Positions 57,460-64,000 of a DNA stretch of 64,000 nucleotides are shown here, in pieces. The notes beneath the pieces were generated by a model. The model did not search any database, was not told where the DNA came from, and saw only the letters and a program-made list of their open reading frames with translations. A program made the translations under genes and the position numbers. The DNA lies in contig JBLYPS010000001.1 in assembly GCA_048539495.1 (NCBI GenBank), positions 11,235 through 75,234 of the forward strand. Direction: 5' to 3'. The stretch is from Dehalococcoidia bacterium (GTDB lineage Bacteria; Chloroflexota; Dehalococcoidia; SZUA-161; SpSt-899). Each line of letters opens with the position of its first letter. Position 1 is the first letter of the stretch.

Positions 57460-59168
57460 CCTTAATCCGTGGATTAGAGAGCCGGTTTACATCTGGATCA
57501 GATTGGGGTAAACTATCACCCAGGAGGTGATTTAGATCGTGAAGCAAAAGAAGTCACTTTTGGGTGTAGCGCTTACTGGGGGGTTAGAAGAGGAAATGAC
57601 CGCATGGGCAGGAACCTCGCTCCTGATAGAAATAGGGCGAAAGTGTGGAGCGATAGAGATAGCAGAGAGGGTACTACCCCCAAAGAAGTTAGTCAAAGGG
57701 TTAACGCAAGGGCAAATGGTGGAGTCTTTTGTTCTTTTGAGTGCCGTGGGTGGGGACTGCATTGATGATATGGAGCAATTACGGTGGGATAAGGGATTAG
57801 TAGCGATGGTGGGATACACCCCCCTAGGAGACGGCAAGGCAATGGCTGGACAAATTTCATGATGAGGAGCTGATGGCAGGGCGGCCGCTGCAGGGTTCAT
57901 TCCTTCCCCCGAAATCGAAGCCTTTAGCAGAGTTAAGGGAGGTAAGCCGGCGAGTGATAGTGAGGTTATAGGTTATAGGCGATAGGCGATAGGGGCACCG
58001 CGTAACCCCTATCACCTATTACCCATTACCTAAAAATAGAGGATGCCCAGTATTGTTACAAAGGACACAAAGCTTTTCAGCCCGCAGTGGTAACCTGGGC
58101 GGAGACCAGGCTGGTGATGGTTGATGAGTTTCGAGAGGGGAATGTGCCTGCTTCTAAGGATACGATAAGGCTGGTAGATGACGCTCATGAGATGCTACCG
58201 CTGGGGCTATGGCGGGTAAGGGTGAGGTCTGACCAGCTTATGAGCAGCGGAAGCCACTGGCACAATCGGGGATGGGAGTTTGCGGTGAGTGCTGATATGA
58301 GTCCGCAACTTAGACAGGAGATTGAAGCCTTACCGGAAGATGCTTGGAAGGTGTGGAAAGAAGAGAAACGAGGGATGGTGCGAGAATGGGCTGAGGTGCC
58401 ATATGTACCCGGCAGAAAATATGAGAAGAAAGATGCTCAACCCTACCGCTATCTGGCGATCAGGGTGCGTCGGCAACAAGGGGAGTTATTTGAGGAAGGA
58501 GTTAAGGTACGTCACCATGCTGTGGTAAGCAACAATTGGGATATGGATGGGCAAGCTCTATTGGAGTGGCAACGAGGCAAAGCCGGGACTATTGAGCACA
58601 TTCATCACATTCTGAATAATGAACTAGCAGCAGGGGTGTATCCCAGCGCTAAACATGGAGCCAACGCTGCCTGGTTAAGGCTACAGGTGCTGACCCACAA
58701 CTTACTCCAACTGCTGAAGGTAGTTGCCTTGCCGCAAGAATATGCTACTGCCCGACCCAAGCGGCTAAGATTTGCCATCTTCACTCAGTTCGGGCGCATA
58801 GTGCGTCATGCTGGTCAGGTCTTGCTGCGCCTTGCTAGTGAGGCTTGGAAGACCATAATTGGTCCAGGACACCGTAGCGTACAAGCGGTGAGATGGGACA
58901 GTAGCTAAGGCATACAAATATCTGTCTCCATCCAGCAAACAGAAAACAGAGCTGGTTCATCCTCCAGAGGGAGAGAGTTTGCCTCACGAAGACCAGGATG
59001 GTCAATTATTAGCTAATCAGCACCCGCAGAAGCCTATAGTGGCAAGATAAAAGTGCCTTTTAGTAGCTCAATCTGGCCTGGTTTGCTTGGCACCTGAAAT
59101 CCCATGCCGGCAAAATACCCATAATCGCTGTCAGCGTCATTTTACTCGACTTAACTCACGGATTAAGG
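57460..59168 (+). mobile_element. IS1380-family insertion sequence with broken transposase
   Basis: TIR ccttaatccgtg / cacggattaagg; fragments 57539-57862 and about 58035-58908 (DEFREGNVPA, RVRSD, GTIEHIH..L.NEL, ANAAW..L..L.HNL). Confidence 0.85.
57955..58033. repeat. Heptamer hairpin element (AGGTTAT/CCTATCA type) inside the IS1380 transposase
   Basis: aggttataggttataggcgataggcgatagggg ... cccctatcacctattacccattaccta. Confidence 0.88.
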
Positions 59169-59236
59169 AGTTCTTCCCTTAATACGTGAGTGAAGACTCA
59201 AAACGTCCGGAAATCAAAACCTCACCCCAATCCTGC

Positions 59237-60109
59237 TCAGGGAGGGTTCCAGGTGTAAATAGATATCTTGTTGGTGATCCAGCTCGACTTATCCCCCGTC
59301 CACCCCGCCTGCCGGACGGGGGGCTCAGAGAACCCGGGAACCTGGCGCACATAAGCAGATACGCTGATCCCACCGGCAGTGGCGGTGATGATATAGTCGC
59401 GGAAAGCCCTGACATATATCCAGGTATCACCGGTGCCTCCGGGGGACCGGAAGGGCTTTGTCACCCTATCTATATGGCCCCGGTTGTAGAAGACAATGGT
59501 GTAGATGCCGGGAGTGGTGATGTCCACCGAGACATGATTGTGATCGTCTTTTGGTCTTGATCTAGCGACTGCCAGCGGTTTCTCCCTCGGCCAGTCGTAA
59601 ATCCTCCCTGCATCCTGGGCGGTCAGTCCCTTCCAGATACCCACCCATGTTAACCCGGCAGGACTATATGCCCAGTTCACCCGAAGCTCACCTTCGTGTA
59701 CATGGTGCAGCCTCATCAGGTAACCCTCGCGGGCAGGAATCAGGCGCAGGGCAGGGTCCCGAACACCGGGATCGACATAAAGCTGCTCGGAGGGAAGGGT
59801 GATGGTGGCCGCACGGATAGCGATGGTGGGCGTGTGATCATTGACAGTGATCTTGGGAACGGTGTAATGAGGGCTGAGGACGTCCGCCCCGCGAATGAGG
59901 TCGGCGACTACTCTCTTTATCCCGGCCTCGGCGGCATAGCCAGCCATCACCTGCACCCGCCCGGCAGCCTGCCGGCGGAAACCAGCACCCAGGAAAGGCA
60001 CCAGCGAGGCCACCAGCAGCGACCCCACCACCAGGAAGAGGAGTACGTAAACAAGCGTCTGTCCCTGCTCGTGTCTGGAGATCATGGCTTTGTCCAGGGT
60101 GTCAAACAT
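59237..60109 (-). CDS. Hypothetical protein with prepilin-like N-terminus
   Basis: EQG|QTLVYVLLFLVVGSLLVASL followed by YAAEAGI, resembling minor pilin/PilX N-termini. Confidence 0.6.
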   Translation of the reverse strand: MFDTLDKAMISRHEQGQTLVYVLLFLVVGSLLVASLVPFLGAGFRRQAAGRVQVMAGYAAEAGIKRVVADLIRGADVLSPHYTVPKITVNDHTPTIAIRAATITLPSEQLYVDPGVRDPALRLIPAREGYLMRLHHVHEGELRVNWAYSPAGLTWVGIWKGLTAQDAGRIYDWPREKPLAVARSRPKDDHNHVSVDITTPGIYTIVFYNRGHIDRVTKPFRSPGGTGDTWIYVRAFRDYIITATAGGISVSAYVRQVPGFSEPPVRQAGWTGDKSSWITNKISIYTWNPP

Positions 60110-60341
60110 TGCCGCTGCGGAGAGTCCGGAAGTCGGAAGGCTCCATCCTCCTTGGCGACTAACGACTATTGACTCCTAACCCAGACAAGCTGGAATCAAA
60201 AAGTGAATCATAAGCGTTCAGCCGTCAGCTTTCAGCTATCAGCCAGTAGTCAGTAAGGGGTGGAACTCCTGAATTCTGGATAGTGAATCTTTCTCCCCAG
60301 TATTGTATAATGGATGAAAACAGTTCAAATGGAGAAAGACA

Positions 60342-60632
60342 ATGTTGATCACCGAACGTTATAAAGACCAAATTCGTGGTGTCCTCTCCTGTTATGACCG
60401 GGTTCGTCTCCGGGGAACACTCCCTGGCTGGCACTATGCTCAGGGTATGACATCTTTCCTGTATGCAAACCAGATCAGAATCTTTGATTATCCGGCCTTT
60501 GCACAATCCCTGAGAGAGGAAGTCCGCCAAAATACGGAACGAATCGCCAAAGAGAACGGATTGGAGATAGAGCATATTCGAAAGATAAAGGCCTTTCGGA
60601 AGGAAAACCGCATTCAGGATATCCTAAAATAA
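60342..60632 (+). pseudogene. N-terminal fragment of a mobile-element-associated protein
   Basis: MLITERYKDQIRGVLSCYDRV...GTLP..YAQGMTSFL; low GC; ends abruptly next to a heptamer element (60643-60690). Confidence 0.5.
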
Positions 60633-60757
60633 GCGAACCATGGGTATTGAGTTTTGAGGAGGGGGGGAGGTCTCTAAACTCTAAACTCGATTAGGGCATT
60701 GCCGAAATATGGGAGGAGTAGGGGGCGAATTTATTCGCCTCGAGGCTCGTCAATCAA

Positions 60758-61447
60758 ATGTCTGCCAGTAAGATCCTGATAGTAGAAGACGAACATACTC
60801 TGCTTGAAGCGCTGCGTTACAACCTCGAGAAAGAAGGGTATACGGTGGTCACGGCAGTTGATGGCATTCAAGCGTTAGACTCGGCGCGCTCTGAGTCGCC
60901 CGATCTGATCATCCTCGACATCATGCTGCCCCAACTGGACGGTTTCGAGGTCTGCCGTATCCTGCGCAAGGACATGGCCGTGCCCATCCTGATCCTCACC
61001 GCCAAAGGCGAGGAGATAGACAAAGTGATCGGCCTGGAATGGGGTGCTGATGACTATATGGTCAAGCCCTTCAGCATGCGTGAACTCAAGGCCCGCATCA
61101 AAGCCATACTGCGCCGCACCGCATCCGAACCCCAGAGCGCCGAGGAGGGTGTGCTAAAGATAGGCGACCTGACGATAGACCCCGGCGGACATAAGGTTAC
61201 TCTGGGAGAATCCGTCGTCACTCTTAACCCAAAAGAGTACGATCTCCTTGCCTTCCTGGTCAAGAACAAAGGGCGGGTCTTTTCACGGGAGCATCTCCTG
61301 GAACGTGTTTGGGGCTATGACTACGTCGGGGACACCCGCACAGTGGATGTTCACATTCGCTGGCTTCGGGAGAAAATAGAGTCTGATCCGTCAAAACCCA
61401 GACGGTTGATAACCGTCAGAGGTACAGGCTACAAGATCGAAGGTTAG
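60758..61447 (+). CDS. OmpR/PhoB-family response regulator
   Basis: ILIVEDE, LDIMLP, GADDYMVKPF, RTVDVHIRWLREKIE. Confidence 0.96.
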   Translation: MSASKILIVEDEHTLLEALRYNLEKEGYTVVTAVDGIQALDSARSESPDLIILDIMLPQLDGFEVCRILRKDMAVPILILTAKGEEIDKVIGLEWGADDYMVKPFSMRELKARIKAILRRTASEPQSAEEGVLKIGDLTIDPGGHKVTLGESVVTLNPKEYDLLAFLVKNKGRVFSREHLLERVWGYDYVGDTRTVDVHIRWLREKIESDPSKPRRLITVRGTGYKIEG

Positions 61448-61448
61448 C

Positions 61449-62924
61449 ATGTTTCGCAGCATTAAATGGCGGATAGCCATATCCTTTATCTCGCTCATGC
61501 TGGTCAGCATGGCGGTATTCTTCTTTGCGGAGATCGATCGCGCGGTGATAATCGCCCTCGCTCTGGTAATAGGCATTGCTATGCTGCTTGCGCTCTCTAT
61601 CACACGGGCCACCGTGAGCTCGATTAAGGGGGTTACCCGGGCAATGGAAGGGATAGCATCGGGAGAGATAGACCAGAAAATCTACGTCGGGACAAGGGAT
61701 GAATCCGCTGAACTGGCGCACGCCTTCAATGAGATGGCGCAGAGTATTAAACAGACGATAGGCACGCTCTCTACGGAGCGGAATATGCTGGCGGCCATGC
61801 TCTCGACGATGGTGGATGGCGTGTTGATGACTAACCTCGAAGGAAACGTTCTCATGGCAAATTCAGCCGCCGAGAAACTCTTCGGCTTTAAGTTCGCAAA
61901 GGGATATCCCCTGATAGAAACAATCCCGGACCATGAGATCAGCGATATTCTGCAGTCGTGTCTGAGGAGTGGACAACAACAGGCGGGGCAAATCGATTCA
62001 CGGGGTCGGCTTCTCAGGGTTATCGCTACCCCGATCGTGGTCCGTGCCCGTGGTCCGTATCCGGACACGGGGGACGGACACGTACTCCGGACACGGGGGA
62101 CGGACACGTACTCCGGACACGGCGGTGCCTTGCTCATATTTCAAGACCTCACTGAGGTCAAGCGCTTCCAGACGACGAGGCAGGAGTTCGTAGGCAATAT
62201 CTCGCATGAACTGAGAACCCCTCTAGCGTCGATGAAGGCCGTCCTGGAGACCCTTAACGAGGGAGCGATCGACGACCGCCCGAAGCTTGAGGATTTTCTG
62301 ACTATGATGGGTGGCGAGGTTGACCGTATGACCCGGTTGGTCCGGGAGCTGGCGGAACTATCTCGGATCGAGACCGGGCAAGATAAGTTGAAGATGGCTG
62401 CGGTAGACTTGAATTCAGTAATTGACCAGGCCATAACCAAGCTGAAACCGCAGTCACAAAGAAAGCAGATCGATATCTTGAGGCAGTCCGATCCTTCATT
62501 GCCGATGATCCCGGCGGAAGAAGAGCGAATCCTGCAGGTGCTAACTAACCTGCTTGATAATGCCATCAAGTTCACTCCAGCGGGCGGCAAGATTATTATC
62601 TCGGCTGAGTCGGAGGGAGAGAGCGTCTTAGTCACCGTGGAGGATACGGGTGTGGGCATCCCGGCAGACTCTCTGCCGCATGTTTTTGAGCGCTTCTATA
62701 AGGCGGATAAGGCTCGTTCCAGTGAGGGCACCGGACTGGGGCTTGCCATCGCCAGGCACATAGTTCAGGCTCACGGAGGCGAGATCTGGGTGAAGAGCAA
62801 GGAGGGTCAAGGCTCCGTTTTCAGTTTCAGGATGCCGGCCACCAAGAGTCGAGAGTCGAGAGTCAAGAGTGAAGAGTCACGGGGAGGGGGACTCCAGACT
62901 CCAGACTCCAGACTGGAGGGATGA
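61449..62924 (+). CDS. PhoR-like sensor histidine kinase (HAMP-PAS-HisKA-HATPase) with internal (62040-62121) and C-terminal (62843-62914) repeat insertions
   Basis: SHELRTPL, NLLDNAIKF, DTGVGI, GTGLGLAI. Confidence 0.95.
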   Translation: MFRSIKWRIAISFISLMLVSMAVFFFAEIDRAVIIALALVIGIAMLLALSITRATVSSIKGVTRAMEGIASGEIDQKIYVGTRDESAELAHAFNEMAQSIKQTIGTLSTERNMLAAMLSTMVDGVLMTNLEGNVLMANSAAEKLFGFKFAKGYPLIETIPDHEISDILQSCLRSGQQQAGQIDSRGRLLRVIATPIVVRARGPYPDTGDGHVLRTRGTDTYSGHGGALLIFQDLTEVKRFQTTRQEFVGNISHELRTPLASMKAVLETLNEGAIDDRPKLEDFLTMMGGEVDRMTRLVRELAELSRIETGQDKLKMAAVDLNSVIDQAITKLKPQSQRKQIDILRQSDPSLPMIPAEEERILQVLTNLLDNAIKFTPAGGKIIISAESEGESVLVTVEDTGVGIPADSLPHVFERFYKADKARSSEGTGLGLAIARHIVQAHGGEIWVKSKEGQGSVFSFRMPATKSRESRVKSEESRGGGLQTPDSRLEG

Positions 62925-62925
62925 A

Positions 62926-63747
62926 TTGAGGCAAGTTCCAGCTCCAATAGTTTCCCGCACGCAGGTAATGCCCGGGGTTTACCTTATTTGGGTTGAGGCT
63001 CCGGATATCGCTGCGGAAGCTCGACCAGGGCAGTTTGTCACTGTTCGCTGTGGGGAACACCTTCCGCTGCGTCGCCCATTGAGCATTCATAGAACTGATG
63101 GTCGAAAGCTGGCCCTACTCTTCGCCGTGGTAGGACAGGGGACTAAATGGCTCTCAGTCCGCATGGTTGGCGAATCTCTGGATCTCCTGGGTCCGCTGGG
63201 GAACGGCTTTGAGATCCGCCAGGGTTCACAGAAATTGCTTCTGATTGCTGGAGGAATCGGCGTCGCTCCTTTAATAGCCCTGGCCGATGAGGGAGTGGGC
63301 AATGGCCTCCTGGTGAAATTTGTGATCGGTGCAAAAACCGCCTCCAAACTCTATGCCCCAGAGTCTGGAGTCTGGAGTCTCGAGTCTGGAGTCTGGAGTC
63401 TCGAGTCTGGAGTCTCGAGTCTAGAAGCAGTGGAGCTCATTCGGGTGACTGATGATGGTTCGGCGGGAGAGAGGGGTCAGGCAACTGATTTTCTGCCTTC
63501 CCTTGCGGATTGGGCCGACCAGATCTTTGCCTGTGGCCCGCTCCCCATGTATCGCCGGATGGCAGAGATGAGGGCTTGGCCTGGCAACAAATCTGTGCAG
63601 GTTCTTCTGGAGCAGGTGATGGGCTGCGGGGTGGGGGCCTGCCGCGGCTGCGCCGTGGTGACCAACAAGGGAATAAAGCTGGTATGTGAAGAGGGTCCCG
63701 TATTCGAGCTGGGGGAAATTGTCTGGGATAAGAGTTTTAAGTTCTGA
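62926..63747 (+). CDS. pyrK: Dihydroorotate dehydrogenase electron transfer subunit with a 63-bp in-frame heptamer array (63361-63423)
   Basis: PGQFV, LRRPLS, GPLGNGF, AGGIGVAP, ACGP, MGCGVGACRGC..C.EGPVF; TTG start after GGAGG. Confidence 0.93.
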   Translation: MRQVPAPIVSRTQVMPGVYLIWVEAPDIAAEARPGQFVTVRCGEHLPLRRPLSIHRTDGRKLALLFAVVGQGTKWLSVRMVGESLDLLGPLGNGFEIRQGSQKLLLIAGGIGVAPLIALADEGVGNGLLVKFVIGAKTASKLYAPESGVWSLESGVWSLESGVSSLEAVELIRVTDDGSAGERGQATDFLPSLADWADQIFACGPLPMYRRMAEMRAWPGNKSVQVLLEQVMGCGVGACRGCAVVTNKGIKLVCEEGPVFELGEIVWDKSFKF

Positions 63748-64000
63748 GAGGATGACCCCTGATGCTACTTAACACTTCCTCACAAAATAGGCTTGATCAT
63801 GATCGATTGCTCCCGGATGACATCTGGAATGAGGTCACTCAGTCTGGTCGCATTTCACCTGGCATGAGGCTGTCTTCCTGAGTGAACTAATATTAGGCTA
63901 TGGTCATAGAACCTTGGCCGTTGGTCAAACTATGCCCAAGATAACCCTCACTTCGTTCGGGCAAATTCAAATTGTAAATTGCAGAAGTCAAATTTTCCCC

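Noticed and set aside
62060-62121. 26-bp direct repeats as a CRISPR array
   Set aside because: No unique spacers, inside an intact ORF, and no cas genes in the window.
20800-63423. In-frame inserts as inteins or self-splicing introns
   Set aside because: Too short, with no intein Cys/Ser...His-Asn ends and no group I/II core; they are DNA-level repeats.
1-64000. Prophage, DGR/retron or rRNA operon
   Set aside because: No phage structural genes, reverse transcriptase, TR/VR pair or rRNA-like sequence was recognised.

Overview
Core-chromosome segment of an anaerobic bacterium. The gene set (tandem HisG, translin-like protein, HppA, TIGR03960-type radical SAM protein, CooC) suggests Chloroflexota/Dehalococcoidia, which is an inference. 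Housekeeping genes include gap (partial), pgk, engA-plsY-gpsA, trkAH, gmk, aroA, tyrA, proBA, hisZGDC, gltX, pyrF, phoBR-like and pyrK. A selenium cluster (yedE-tusA-tRNA-cysteine desulfurase-yedF-DUF3343-selD) encodes SelD with an in-frame UGA/Sec codon and SECIS hairpin. A decayed accessory islet at about 1.7-7.6 kb holds hicBA, an integron remnant and an EcoRI-family RM system, and several IS remnants lie elsewhere. Two things stand out. (1) About 30 miniature palindromic elements built from 7-nt tandem repeats (arm, G-rich spacer, inverted arm) saturate the window. Many sit in frame inside essential genes and add ESRV...GGEG...DSRLQTP-type peptides, and one frameshifts nnrD by the equivalent of one heptamer. 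(2) The selenium operon contains a tRNA with the tRNA-Sec 8/5 fold and long variable arm but a Cys anticodon (GCA) and a U73 discriminator. All calls are by eye; no database search was run.
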